Shown here: positions 48,797-63,000 of the stretch, piece after piece
How the letters are laid out: the number at the start of each line of letters is the position of its first letter
Numbering within the stretch: position 1 is the stretch's first letter
From: Paragordius varius
Taxonomy: Eukaryota; Animalia; Nematomorpha
Reading direction: 5' to 3'
DNA length: 64,000 bases
Assembly (NCBI GenBank): GCA_964247055.1
Contig: OZ176054.1
Coordinates: forward strand, 12,772,001 to 12,836,000
Notes under the pieces: generated by a model
Databases searched by the model: none
What the model was told of the DNA's origin: nothing
Seen by the model: the letters and a program-made list of their open reading frames with translations, nothing else
Position numbers and translations under genes: made by a program

Positions 48797-51601
48797 ATGA
48801 TTGAAAATAAGATTATATCTACCAATTTTTTTATCGAAAATATTTTAAATAACACCAAGACACATGTGCAAACCCATGGAAACTTTAAAAACGAAATTTA
48901 TAAAAATTATAATTTAACTGAAAATTTGCAAAATTCCAGGCCGGAACACGCGAATTTATACGGACGTAACAAGCTAAATCTCAAAGCAAATAATTTCTTT
49001 CAAAAAGATTCCAATATCGAAACATGTGATAGTGTTAATATATTGAATTATTGTGATAATAATCCAACCTTTAAAATAAAAACGTCAAACTACTCACATT
49101 ATGAAAATCGACAAAAAGCTGACTCAATATTATCTTCGGAATATTTAAGTGTTTTTACATCACCATTAACCAAAATTGAATTATATCCTCAAATAACTAT
49201 TGCTCAAGGAATGAACTATACTTTTACTTCAAATTCAGTCAATAGTTACCTCTCCAAAATAAATGGTAACTATATTATTATTCCCCTGTTTTTAAATACT
49301 TTTTTTAATAAAGATTGAAGATTTAAATTTACACATGATATGGATATCAAATTTACTTACTAAGCCGATGGGATTAAAATAAATATAATTCGTATATAAA
49401 ATTTTTAGCCTAAATTTTGATCAAAAAACCAAAGATACACAGTTTTTCTAATTTACGATCCAATAAAAATTAAATACACCCTTTACAAATTTTTGTAATT
49501 AAGTTAAAATATGTGCTGTAAGAACGATAGAAAGGTATCTATCTAATATATATATGGTATGAGAATAAACTTATAAAAAAAATGCTGGTTAAGCATTAGA
49601 TTTTTTACAAATTTATCACAAAAAGTTTCAAAAGAAAATTTTATTAAAAAATAAACTGTGTGCAAAAAAATTTTAACAAAAATTTTTCATGAAATAGTTT
49701 ATAACCAGCGTATTCATTTGCGTAAATTTTTTTATTTGTTTACGACCTAATTATTGAGATATTGAGAGAAAATCGAAATCGGGCAAAAAGTGAAAATTAA
49801 GGATAATTAAGGATAAATCAAAAAATGATGATAAAAGTTGACATATTAAGTTTAATTATCATTTTAGGAGATATTTCTATACATAAATAGCCTAAAATTA
49901 TATAAATAGGGTTTCTATAAAATCTCATTTCAAAAGATGGCGTTTTCTTTTAACACACTTAAAAGTCAAAAAAAAATTTTATGAACTATATTAAAAAAAT
50001 TATAATATTTATTATCTAAACTCACTATTTAACTCTTAACATTCATATTTTATTCAGTAAAAAACTTCTATATCCAACCAAATATCCGTACACATCCCAG
50101 TAAAAATATTACTTTATGTTAAAACAAACCTGTTAGAGGGATTTATACGGATTGTTGGTTATAAACTTTATAACATCCACTCATTTAAGATTCCAAAATA
50201 AAACAGTATAAAATTTTTATACACTCATAAACCAGATAAAAAAATAAAAAATAAAACATTTTATTTTGATATAGAAGAAGATTATAATAGTGAGTTTAGC
50301 TAGTAGATAATTAAAAATTATCTTATATAGTTTCATAATTTTTTTTGATTTTTATGGGTGTTAAAAGAAAAACGCCATCTTTTGATCTGAAATTTTATAA
50401 AAACTCTATTTATAAGATTTTAGGCTATTTATATATAGAAAATATCTAAAATGAGAATCAACTATAATATCTCAACTTTTATCATTATTTTTAAATAATC
50501 TTTAATTATCCTTAATTTTCACTTTTTGCCCGATTTCGATTTTCTCTTAATATTTTAAAAACTAGGTCGTCAACAAATTAAAATTTTTACGTCAAATGTA
50601 TTCACTGGTCATAAGCATCTCATGAAAAAAAATTTTTTTGTTAAAAAAATTACCCTCTTTTTCGCACACAATGTATATATATAGTGTTCCGAATTTTCCA
50701 TCTTAAAATGTGTCAAACATACAAGTAAAACAAACCAAAAAAACTTGAGAGTTTAAAAATTACTTAATAAATTTATAATGAATGAAAATGGCTAAAACTT
50801 TGGAAATAGTAAGCTTAAAAATTTCATTTTGTGTTTCTTTAACACTCTGCACAAAATAGGCAAGAAAGAACCTTAAAATAAATATATATTCTGATAGATA
50901 TATCAAGCTTATTATTGTGCTTTTTGGGCATTACAAGTGATAGAAGAATTACCCTTGTGTGTAATTGCTTCAGATAGGAAAATCGTAAAATTTTCGCATT
51001 TTATGAGAAATAATTTTTTTTGGTGAAAGCTAAATACACAAATTGTTCGTATTGGAATACTTTGATAAAAACAAATTTTATATTCTTCTAAAACATCTGG
51101 AAGACTAATTTTAAAAAAAATTATGAGGTAATAGATTAGCATCATCGTTATATAAAATTGTAATTACAATATTTTAAATTTTTTGTACCATTTTCACCAT
51201 AATATGCGACTAATTTACATTTCTACTCCTTTATCACCAAAGCGATAAATTATAAATATATAAAAAATGAATTTTTTTTATATTTTTCCATATTTAATAA
51301 TTTTATTTTTCTTACATTTTTTATATACATAGAATCTCATCCAGCTGTAAGAAACATTGTATGCGTACAGCCAGAAACTTTAAATGAGATTAGAGTTGGC
51401 ACCAATGATGTTAAAAGAGCTCCAAAATGCGCTCGATGTCGAAATCATGGTTTCAGTTCTGCCCTGAAAGGACATAAGCGGGTCTGCCGATGGCGATTAT
51501 GTAGCTGTGCCAAATGTCGCCTTATAACGGAAAGACAAAGAATAATGGCTGCTCAGGTCGCTTTAAGGCGCCAACAAGCTCATGAAATGGAAAAATTTTG
51601 A
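48797..51601 (+). CDS. Doublesex/Mab-3 (DM-domain) transcription factor, 245 aa, exons 48797-49265 and 51333-51601
   Basis: Exon 2 encodes [58 protein letters not shown] followed by TGA. The phase-1 donor G|GTAACT (49266) joins the phase-1 acceptor ACATAG (51332) in frame. Linking exon 1 is an inference from phase compatibility. Confidence 0.85.
49640..50680. repeat. Long inverted repeat (foldback-like element), ~400-bp arms, in the Dmrt intron
   Basis: AAATCGAAATCGGGCAAAAAGTGAAAATTAAGGATAATTAA (about 49770) versus TTAATTATCCTTAATTTTCACTTTTTGCCCGATTTCGATTT (about 50500). AAAAGATGGCGTTTTCTTTTAACAC versus GTGTTAAAAGAAAAACGCCATCTTTT. Confidence 0.8.
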
Positions 51602-53519
51602 TATACTACATAAAAAATATGTTGTCTAAATATATGTAAATGATTATGTGCGAAAGTTTTGATTTATATGTCAGATAATTGGAATAAATGAAAGAGAGAG
51701 AAGGTTCAGATAGGATCTGGAGAATCAATAATTATAAGTGCCCACGCCGCTGGCAATATAGAGTTAGTTTATCGGTTATGTTTTGTAATGATTTTATATG
51801 AAAAATTACAAACATTAACAAGGAACAATGAAGTTTAAGAAGTTGATAAACCCTTTAATATAATCATTTTTTGGAAATTTATAATTTTTCCATCACCATA
51901 TAATATGATAGTAGCAAAACACTATATTTTTAAAATATGATAATATTTGCATTATCTATCGTATAACCTTCGTGTCCGATATACGAATGTGAACGTCTCA
52001 TAAACTATATTTAAAAGGGGGAAAGGAAATGAGTATTATAATTGGACAGGTTATAAAACCGTAAAAAATAGGGGTTTTCAAGTTTACAGGTCCATTTTAG
52101 ATGCTTTTAGAGACTCAAATATTAAATAAAGTAAAGGATAGGCTTAAAAAATTTGTCCATATGAAAAAATAAATCAAAAAAATAGATTGCAAGCACCCAT
52201 TAAATTACACTCTGTTTGGTGAATATTATATTTTAGATTAAAAAACTGAATGCTCTACCACATTAAATGTACACCCTTAATCCGTAACAATTGGGCGTAC
52301 TATAAACGTCTTCTACAGCATTACTTTTTAATGTGTAAAATTAAGTTCAATCATTAAAAAAATAATAATATTATGATATAATAATTTTTCTAGAATTTTA
52401 AATTAAAATTCAATATAATACTATTAATGGCCTACAAAGTCAGTAAAATTAATTTTAGGGCAGAGGAATGTATCTAATTACAAATATTTGGTAGCAAATA
52501 CATTAAAATTTGATATTATACGGACAAAACGTAAAAATATGTACTTTAATATTATACGGACAGACCGTAATATAAAGACAAATATATTTTTCAAAAGATA
52601 ACCTACTTTTAAAAAAAATTATAACTAATTGTTTCGTAAAATAGAGATGTATATTGATTACACAATCAATCACATATAATACGATAGTTATTAAATGAAT
52701 TAAATTAAATAAAGTTTGAAAAAGTATGGTTGTCTTTAGAAAAAAAAATTTTGTATTTATATTTTTACGATTTGTCCGTATCATTTTTTAACTGTAAACA
52801 AACGAAAATAGATTTGTATGAAATATAAACATCCTGAAAACAAGAATTATCATAAAATTTTTAAACAATAGAATTTACTCCTTTTACATTGTTGATTCTT
52901 TAATCATCGTATTGGCTCTATTAATTTAAATTTTCTCATGCACGAAAAAGATAAAAATTGGGCTTAATTTTAATCTGGTATATAATGTTTTTTGCTAATT
53001 TTACGTCTAACTTTTCAAACAAACAATTTTAAAAGCGTTGGTCATGAATCTCAATTTTTCTTCAACTTTTTATATAAAGTCTTTTTTAAAAAATTTTTTT
53101 AAAAATCTATCCTCTACTACCTTTTAACTAAGTTAAATAAAGTATCCAAAATAACATTTGATTCTTAATATAATTATAACATTTTGCTATACACTCAATT
53201 TTAATCAACTGAACGGATCCAATGATTGTCGGTTTCACCTTCCCCAGTTCCTATTATGCTTTTTTGCAGGGAACAAATATTTTCTAAAGAGTTAGGTTGT
53301 AGTTTAGGTTTATTATTGTTTATTAGTCAAATGGGTTAAATTTAAAATTTTCAAATAGTTTCTTCAAATAACCTTGGAAATAAAAATAATTGGGAATTTT
53401 ATCATGGAAAAACATAAAAATTAAAACACTATCTATTACTTTTTCAAATTGACATCCATAAAATCTAGGTCTCACAATTATTATGGCGGAAAATGCCATC
53501 TTTATATTTAATAACAACA

Positions 53520-53980
53520 TAATATGGAAATGATTATTATTTGCCTACCTTTGCAATTAGAAGTTTAGTACTCCCTATCAAGCAATAGGCGACTTTATGA
53601 AACGAAAATTTTAAAATGACAGTTTTACCACGTGTCATAGTGTTAGATGCGTTTCGCACTCATTGTGGACTCATCAGTCACACATAATGAGCACGGGTAA
53701 ACACTGTCGTTAAAAGTTTGTATATATATACTGAGTATTTTAAGATTTTAAAAGCTAGTGAAAGAGAAAACAGAGAACTAAAGGCCCAGAGAGGGCAACC
53801 GATTGTACTAGGATCAAGCCAGTTATAATTTCTACTTAATATCCATCAGCCAGGATAGATCTCTGTATTATGTAATTATTAGATATAAAGATGGCGTTTT
53901 CCGCTAAAGAATTTAATCTATAAATATGCTATATATATATATATGTCCTATCCTGACTAATGGATAAGAAGGAGATGTAA
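53520..53980 (-). mobile_element. Penelope-like non-autonomous repeat with a hammerhead-like motif (53641-53684)
   Basis: Minus strand TGTGTGA-CTGATGA-GTCC..GTGC-GAAA-CGCATC-TAACAC. Homologous to 55845-56140 and 56165-56830. The PLE assignment is an inference. Confidence 0.6.
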
Positions 53981-54848
53981 ATTTATAAATCACAAAATAT
54001 ATACGACATCATCTATTACGAATAATTCATATTAACTCGATCATTATGGATGAAATAAATCCTCCAACTAAATTAAATGTATATATAATTTTTAACCTAT
54101 ATCAAAATATGAAAAGGTCATTTTATCTTAGTCATAACTCGAAATAAATCGGCGGTTTTTTATATACAAAATAGCCAAAATCAAAAATATTCATTCAAAG
54201 ATATATATAAAATTTAAATGTCTATAATATAAAATTAAGGTCATCTAAACTCAATTATTTTACACAAAAATGAAATGACCGAAGAAAGTGGTATAATTGT
54301 GGAAATTGAAAAAAATCCAATATTTTTCAACAAAACTAATACAATCTCAATAAAAAAAACAAAGAAATGATATATATAAAAAAATACAAGTCGAAATTAA
54401 AATTATGAATGACAAATATATGAACATATATCAAATCAGAAAAAATTAACAACATGGAATTCAAAACAAAGTAAAGTTCGATAATTCCAAATCTGAAATA
54501 AAAACAATTTAAAAACTTGGGAAATCAAATTGCAATCATTAATTTTCGATACAGAAAAACCTATAGAAAGAATACAGGGCGCGGTATATTCAGACGGGTA
54601 AATATTGATTGATAATGTTGATGATGACATATATATTATCCGAGTATAATTATTTATAATTTAAAAATAGAAATCAAATCAGAAACGAAGGATTCAAAAC
54701 CGAGTTTTTGTTTATATAATTTTGGAAAGGTAAGGAGTCCACTTACAAGGAACCCATACACAAAGCTTAGAATAGAGAAAGAAAAAATTGTTATTATAAT
54801 AAAACAATTAATATTTAATAAATATATTAATATGTTTATATCTATTAA

Positions 54849-55427
54849 TCTATATATTTATAAAAATGGAAAATGCTGGCTTTGTAATCTGGTACCGGAA
54901 AACCGGAAGACCCATTCAAATGCAAACATCGAAAAAATATGATCATTAATAAATGTCCCGACAATAGCTTCGCCCTTTTTTTAAAATAGGCCCCCAGTTC
55001 GGGCTTACCCCGTGTGAAAAATGGGTTTTTTTTGAAAACAGTAGTCCACAAAAATCGTGTCTTTGAAACAATTTTCCGGAGAACCGTGTTGGACCATTGA
55101 ATTTCAAATATGATTTTTGTTTAGTTATTTTGGATTGCGCCGAACATAGTCGTCTCGCTTTTTTAATTTAGGCCCTCTTTTTACCCGCTCCCCCCGTAAA
55201 ATGCCACCTTTTTCAAAAAACAAAGTCCACAAAAATATTTTTTTGAATCTATTTTTCACCCAAGTGAACAATACATTAGTATGAATGCAGCGTTTTGAAA
55301 TTCCTATGAGATCATAGCTATCAAATAATTTATATGTGGATCATTTTATTGTCCCTTTTTTCAAAGAGCCCCCCCAGAAGTCCAAAGGACTTCTCTGGGC
55401 TGCGTAGTAGAACGAGATTTACGCTAA
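54849..55427 (+). mobile_element. Single-unit copy of the same non-autonomous Helitron
   Basis: 5' TCTATATATTTATAAAAATGG, body similar to the 43950 unit, 3' GAAGTCC-AAA-GGACTTC hairpin and terminal CTAA|T. Confidence 0.82.
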
Positions 55428-55443
55428 TATATATTTATATATA

Positions 55444-55838
55444 TATACCATTTACAATTCATATTCACCCCTGAACAATTCAAATTCACCCTCGAACAAT
55501 TCAAATTCACCCTCGAACAATTCAAATTCACCCTCGAACAATTCAAATTCACCCTTGAACAATTCAAATTCACCCTAAAAATATATGTGTTTTCGGGCTA
55601 ATATAACTCATCCTTAATATAAAATATATTCTTTTGGCATAGTTTATTATTTTTTCACTATTATATTAATTTTATACGTAATTTTATTTTTTTAAAATAT
55701 AAAAAAATATAGGTAATTTTTAATCTTAAAAACACATAATTTCTTTTAGGGTGAATTTGAATTGTTCGAGGGTGAATTTGAATTGTTCAAGGGTGAATTT
55801 GAATTTTTTAAGGGTGAATTTTAACTGTAAATGGTATA
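55444..55838. mobile_element. MITE family A copy
   Basis: TIRs plus five 21-bp repeats in the left arm and three in the right arm. Confidence 0.87.
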
Positions 55839-55844
55839 TACATA

Positions 55845-56830
55845 TATCATGTGTTTACCACGTGTCATAGTGTGAGATGCGTTTCGTCCTTGTTGTGAAC
55901 TCATCAATCACACATAATAACCGGCAAAAACGGTCAATTAGAAGTTTTTATATATACTGAGTATTTTAAATTTTAAGACCAAAAACTGGTGAAAGAGAAA
56001 ACAGGTTAAGGCCTAGATAGGGCAATCGATTGTACTTAGATCAAGCCAGTTATCATATCTCCTTTTTATCCATCAGCCAGGATTAGATCTCTATATTATG
56101 TCGTTATTAAATATAAAGATGGCGTTTTCCGCTGTTTCAATTTTTGATTATTATATATATATATATATATGCCCTATCCTGGCTAATGTATAAAAAAGAG
56201 ATATGATAATTGGCTTATCTAAGTACAATTGGTTGCCTCTCGGGGCCTTAAGTTGCCTGTTTTCTCTTTCACCAGCTATAATTGGTCTTAAATCATAAAA
56301 CACTAGATATACAAACTTCATTATGTGTGACTGATGAGTCCATAATGAGGACGACACGCATCTAACACTACGTGGTAAACATTGTCATCTTAAAATTTTC
56401 CTATACCATTTACAATTCAAATTCACCCTTGAACAATTCAAATTCACCCTCAAATAAAATATATGTTTTTTAAGATTAAAAATTACCAATATTTTTATAT
56501 ATTTTTAAAAAATAAAAATTTTGTTTTAAATTAAAATAATACTATAATAATAATAAAGTATAACATAAACATATATTTCATATTAATAAGAAGTTATATT
56601 AGTTCGAAAATACATAATTTATTTTTAGGGTGAATTTGAATTGTTCAAAGGTGAATTTGAATTGTTTAAGGGTGAATTTAATTTGTTCGAGGGTGAATTT
56701 GAATTGTTCAAGGGTGAATTTGAACTGTAAATGGTATATCATAACCTATTGCTTGATAAGAAGTACTATGACTTCGATTGCAAAGGTAGCCTAATAATAA
56801 TAATAATAATAATCTCCATATTATTTCGTT
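55845..56830. mobile_element. Inverted pair of Penelope-like repeats with hammerhead-like motifs (55870-55914 minus; 56324-56368 plus), the plus copy interrupted by a MITE
   Basis: Minus copy 55845-56140, a (TA)n spacer, then plus copy 56165-56830. The sequence after the MITE (56739-56830) is the reverse complement of 53520-53600. Confidence 0.6.
56402..56738. mobile_element. MITE family A copy nested in the Penelope-like repeat, with TA duplication
   Basis: Compared with the uninterrupted copy near 53600, the junctions read TTTTCC-TA-[TACC...GGTA]-TA-TCATAA. Confidence 0.85.
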
Positions 56831-56870
56831 ATTAACCATAATAATCTATTCTAAATATGTATGTTAATTA

Positions 56871-57042
56871 CAGTAGCGTATGGAGTAAAACAATATTAGT
56901 CCATAAAAGAATAAAAATTGTTTTATTAAAAAAACAAGCATGGTTGTATATACACATATCTATAATATATCCCCTTGTTTTTTAAATAAAACACTTTTTT
57001 ATTCTATTATGGACTAATATTGTTTTATGCCATACGCTACTG
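56871..57042. mobile_element. Small Tc1/mariner-type MITE (family C)
   Basis: TA|CAGTAGCGTATGG..AAAACAATATTAGTCCATAA ... TTATGGACTAATATTGTTTT..CCATACGCTACTG|TA, with ~70-bp TIRs. Confidence 0.85.
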
Positions 57043-60000
57043 TATATAATTTGAAATTGTATTTATGTAGATAATATAGGATTATCAAGTATAAATTATG
57101 GTGTCATTTTAGGTAAAAATACGGTTAAAAAATATATTTTATGAAACCGTTTTAATTCGGAAAATTTTAGCTCCGCCAGCACACATATTTTTTCATAAGT
57201 AAATAATTTTTAATTTTTTTAACCTTTTATTAAGGAAGTTGCTTTTAATGTAAAAAACTGCCATTGATTCCAATTCGAAATCAAAAGAATTTTATATCAT
57301 TGTTAAGCCTAATTTGTATTATTTGATAAAATTGGCTTTATATATACAAAAACTTTATGTTCTGATTTCATGTCAATACGAAGGTTTTAATTCCTAAATA
57401 ATATAACAATTAATACACCATTTATCTAATTAAATTATATTAGTTATTAATTTTGATTAAGCAATAGCCCAATATTCAACTTAAAATATTGATAAAGCTA
57501 ATTGGCCTCAAGAAAGTTTATTGGCGATTTTAAAAAATTAAAATTTATTTTTAGTTTCTCCTAATTATATTTTTTACATTGATTTTAAAGTGAATTGATG
57601 AAAAGTGTAACCAGCCCTGTAAGCTTTGATTTAATCAATTAAAATCCAAAACCTGTTTGACCGATCAAGTCATACACTTTCCTAATTGGACTTTTAAATT
57701 ATATTTAATGAAAACACACCATAAATAAATTAATTTTAAATTTTCAAAGCATCATTTATTATCGCTTATATGGTTACGTAGAATACACTTTGATTAACGG
57801 TCAGACCCGACATTTGTCAGTTTTTATTCAATGATTAAAATTATCACCAATAATAAAATAATTTTATAATATGCATATCTTAAATACTTTAACTATAGGA
57901 TGCCACCCTTTAAAATTATTAAAAACTGCATTAAATTCTAAACCGTTTGTATTATAGTTTTAAAGATTTATTTGCGCCCAAAACAGGCATCATGGACATA
58001 TGTTTTTCGATCCAATAGATCAGAGTCAGTTTTTTTAAAAAAATTTGCAACAACTAATTATTACAATAAAATACAGTTATGAAAATCAAAACCTATAAGG
58101 AAGGATACTTATCCTATTCATATTCTAAAACAATTTTAAAATGTTGTTTAGGTTATAGAGACAATTTTTTATTAGTATTTCGAATCGCGGCGTTACAAAA
58201 GTTTTAATGTTTGTAATTCAAGTTTCTCAAGAGCGGTTTTGGTCCTTGATAATTATTATATTAATACCATAAATTTCAGCGATTTTATCTAACGGCATAT
58301 TATTTACAGAAAGATCATTTCAATAAAGTGAATCCTTTCAAAAGATTTTAATTTTAATTTATTTTTGTGCATAACATTTCGAAAAAAATCAACTTTTTAA
58401 ATGTAAATTTTAAATTAACAATAAAACTTCCTAAAATATAATAAATATATTGGTTCTGTGATGTCCTTCTTTGTTTAAAAATATTTTGTGTTTGTGTATG
58501 TTTCATAAACAAAGAAAAAATAGCAAATCGATTGAATATTATTGTACTATTTGGTTAATAAAATATAATTTTAACAAGTCAAAAAAAGTTTGAAACAATG
58601 GAGAAATAGGTTATGTTTTAAAAATTAAAAATTATTTAAAAATTATTATTATTAAACTACATTTTTTATCATAAAACTTTTTTCTGATTCAGATGATCAA
58701 ATTCTTTAGTGGAAAATAATTATGAATATTCCTTTAAAATCCAATTTTGATTGTTGCTCTAAAGGGATGTCCTTTTAAAGAATAAAAATAAAATTTCCTG
58801 TAGGGCCCCAATCAAATCTGGAATTTATTATTTTGACGCTTTTTCAATATCTTGGCATTCCTATATCATAAGCGGATCTCCCCTTTTAAACATATTCCGA
58901 TCTTGGACATGCCTTATTATCCGTATTCTTATAAAAAATACTTAATTTTTTGAATCATTTTTATTAATCGATCACTTAAAATTTAACATAAAATAGAAGT
59001 AAGATTAATGAATAATATTAACCCTTTTTTATATTTATGAAAATCTGATAAAAATTAAGTTTGCAATATATTGTTTCTAATTTAAGAAAAAACTGCATCA
59101 AATTATGAAATTATTGCGCCGTGAATATAAAAAACTATAAGTAACTTATAAGGTTATCCCTGGTTTAGGTTTATGCTAAACTCAAAATAATAAAAGTTTA
59201 TAAATAAATCGCTTATAAAAAGGCGTAAACAAGTCAAATAATTACACCCCCCTTCCCCCAATAATATAATTTTATTACTAAATGTACAAAAACAAACTTA
59301 AAATGATAAACAAACAATAACTTAATCGCATAGGTTCAAATTTTAAAATCTAAACCATATTTACACAAACTTAGCCACGTACCACAAACAATACATTAAA
59401 ATTTTAACATATCAAGCAAATTTCAAAAAAAATATATATTTCAAGGATGTGTACAACATTAACTCTAAATTTTAAAATTAAAAATATGACAATGTATATT
59501 AAAGAATATTTATTTTAATATACAGTTAAAATTATTATAGAGGCAAAACGTAAAAACTATTTATTTTATTCAGTTCAACATGGTTGCTGGTACTGATCAA
59601 AAATTCTCGTTCTAAATGAATTTATTAATGCTTAATATTCATATTTTGTTAATAACACTGCATCCTAAATCGGGGGGTGAAAAAAATTATAGGAAAATAT
59701 ATAAATGTGATAGAAAAATGTATCAGGATTATCATAGTTATTTTGGTTTTGGTCCTTACGAATGATTTAAGAAAGTTATATATACTTTTTTGGTAAGTAC
59801 TCCATATCAGAAAATGACAAACTTCCACATATATTTTAACTAAAATATTTTGGGCAAAAGCTAGAAGCTTCACTCCAAAAAATACCACTAAATATATCAC
59901 AAACTACAGATAAAAAGTAAAATAATATTTTTAAAATTATGTGGGTTGCGAAAGTCCCAAATTTTTTGCTTTTTTAAAATGAACTAGTTAAAATAAACAT

Positions 60001-63000
60001 TATGCCGGTGCGCAATAAAAAAAATTAAATATTAGCTAAATTTTGATATCAGCAAAAAATATTTTAATTTAATGCATACTTTTTTCAAATATTCAAATTT
60101 TAGCAATTTGTTATTTTGAGTAATGGTGGAAACCTTGAATCATAAAAAGATTTTTTTATATAATTGGATTATGCTGTACATTTCTATCACCTCGGAATTT
60201 TGATTTAAAATTTGTTCATATTCAGATTTATGTTAAATCAATATTGTGATTTATTTTACAAAAACCAAAATTTGAAGCAAACTAACCTTTAATCCGATAC
60301 AAATAGCTGTGCGGGCCGCATTAACTCGAAATATTTATGAGCATTTAATTAATTAATTGATTTCAAACATAAGACTTTAAAAAGAAGACGGAATGCTTCG
60401 ATTTTTCTCGTTCTTGTTTGGATAGAATTATTTAGAAAAAAAATTGTCTAAGGAATATCAATGTTACCAAGATTTGTGAACATGTTTTGTAAATTTGGAA
60501 ATCGGGTCACACAAAAAATCTCAAAGCGCCTCGTGTTGGCCTTCCCTGCTTTAAATTATTATTATGAAGCGATAATATATTCAACATCATCGAATTATAT
60601 AAAAAAGTGTTTTTATCACAAAGTGTTTTTAACCGTTTCCACTATGACTTTAGATAACATGAACTACGTACGCTTCAACATAATTTAGCTTAAAATTAAA
60701 TTTTTGAAAAAAAGTATGTATATTTAAAAAAAATATTTTGAAATGAAAATTTAGAATTTAATTAAAAATTTTATCTCACCATCTCGCCATTTTTGCGTTT
60801 ATTTGAACCTGCTCATTTTAGAGGGCGAAAATTTGAGACATTCGAAGCCCACATCTAAAAATTAAAATATCTTAAAAATATTTTGCTTTTTATAGGTAGT
60901 TTATGATAATTATAGTGATATTTTTTTTAAATTAAATATTTAGACACCAAAAAAATTTTTTCAAAAAATATGCGCAAAGTTTCCCAATCATATGGATCAC
61001 TATTTCAAAAGTGTAAATAATTTTCTTAAATCAAGGGCCAAAACCAAAAGCACACTGCAGAATTACAGGTTATTTTGTGGACACTGTGTAAAAGACAAAT
61101 ATTTTTATAAAAAACAACCATACTTTCTCTTTAAACCTAATTTTTCAAATAAAAATTGTATATATACAGATAAAAGAAAACACAAGACAATTTTTTTATT
61201 AAAAGACCGCTGTACTTTTTAACTTTATCGTATTACTCATAGTTGCTAATACAATAATAAAATTTTTATAATATAAAATAAATTAATTATGTGGGGGAAT
61301 CAAGGTTTAATCAAGTATGATTGTATTTTTAAAAAAATTGTCTTTGTGTTAATCTGTTTCGTCTGTTTAATTTTTTACTGCAATTACAAGGTTAAAAAAG
61401 TATAATTATTATCTTTAAATATTATTCTTTTAGTTTTTTCGTTTCGTCTGTATAATTTTAATTTTGAATGTAATATCAGAAAAAACATAAATATATATGG
61501 TTTATAATAATACTTAGAACCTTTAGGCTTTTCTCTTTATCATAAAAAGTCAGTATCATAAATCATATACGTGCTTACAAAAGTCATATTTAATTTTTTA
61601 CGTCCACAATTTATTACACTTATTTTTTAGTGAATGACACAAAAATGTCATTTATATATAAATGAGCCAAATATTTGGATAAAAAAGTGCTCTCTTTGAA
61701 ATTTTAAGGATAATATTTAACTTTTTAGCATAGTTGGCTGTAAAATTTTATTTAAAAAAAACTAAAATTAATAATTACAGTAAAAACTTAAATTATACGG
61801 ACAAAACGTAAAAATATTAATTTTTAAACAAACATACTTTTTAAATTATCATAAATTATTTATCTACAATTTATATATAATTGATAGTGTTACTAATACA
61901 CATTTCAATTTCATTCTTTGCAATTTTTAACAATAATGATCTATATTTGAGAGGATCTAGAAATAATTTGTCTTTATATTTTTAAGTTTTGTCCGTATAA
62001 TTTAAAGCTTTACTGTAGCTTTATAAAATATTAAAAACTAAATTCTGAAAATTAGCACTTGGACACAACACATTCGTTTCAGTCCTTCGTATTAATAGGG
62101 GTAGTTGGATATCCCAGGCCTGTATACTTTAAAAAATATGAATGGAATTGAACCATGTTAAAGTTTGCAATTATTGACATTAATCAACCGAAATATAAAA
62201 AGAATTCTTTCAAAATACTTAACATTATTTATTTTAATGTAAAGACCAAAGGTATAAATTTAGCCAACATGACATGTGTGCATTATATTCAAAATAAATA
62301 CAAAATAAACCATGATTTAAATCAAAAATTAGCTTCGATTTTAGCTTTAAAATTAATTAAACACGCATTTTGCAGAAATGTTGTAAAATGGCGTCGAAGT
62401 AATTTGATATGGAGTTTTCTTTCAAACCTAAATCTATTCAGATATTTCAGCCAGCTAATTTATATTATTTATATTAGGATAGAAGCATAAATTTGCATTG
62501 GGACCGTTTCTTTCAGTAGTTTTTTAAAAATTTCAACTTAAATATAGTCTGAGTGTATTTAGATACACCAATTTGAATCGAAGTCTGTTAATATCATAGG
62601 GATTAAAATAATATTGCTTTTTGCGACAATCATAATCTTTAACTCTCCTTAAAAATAAGAAAGCATATTTTTTGTAAAATATTGTCATCAATGTTATTGG
62701 TATTAGTGAAAAGTTTTCACTTAACGTCCCTTGATAACAACTTGTAGGGTAATTTTTAAGGAAGTTTATAAATACATGTAAAACTAAAAAATTATATAAA
62801 AAACTGATTCAATTTATGCGATTTTATATTTAAAATTGGATATTGTTTAAACTTTTTTGAGAATGCATAAACACTTTGTTAATTAATTTGAAAACTAATG
62901 TTTATCACCATAGTTCTAAGATTATATTAATTTAATTTACAATTCCTATCTTTTATTCAAGTGTCTTGATTATATAATTAGAAATACGAATTCCCAATAT

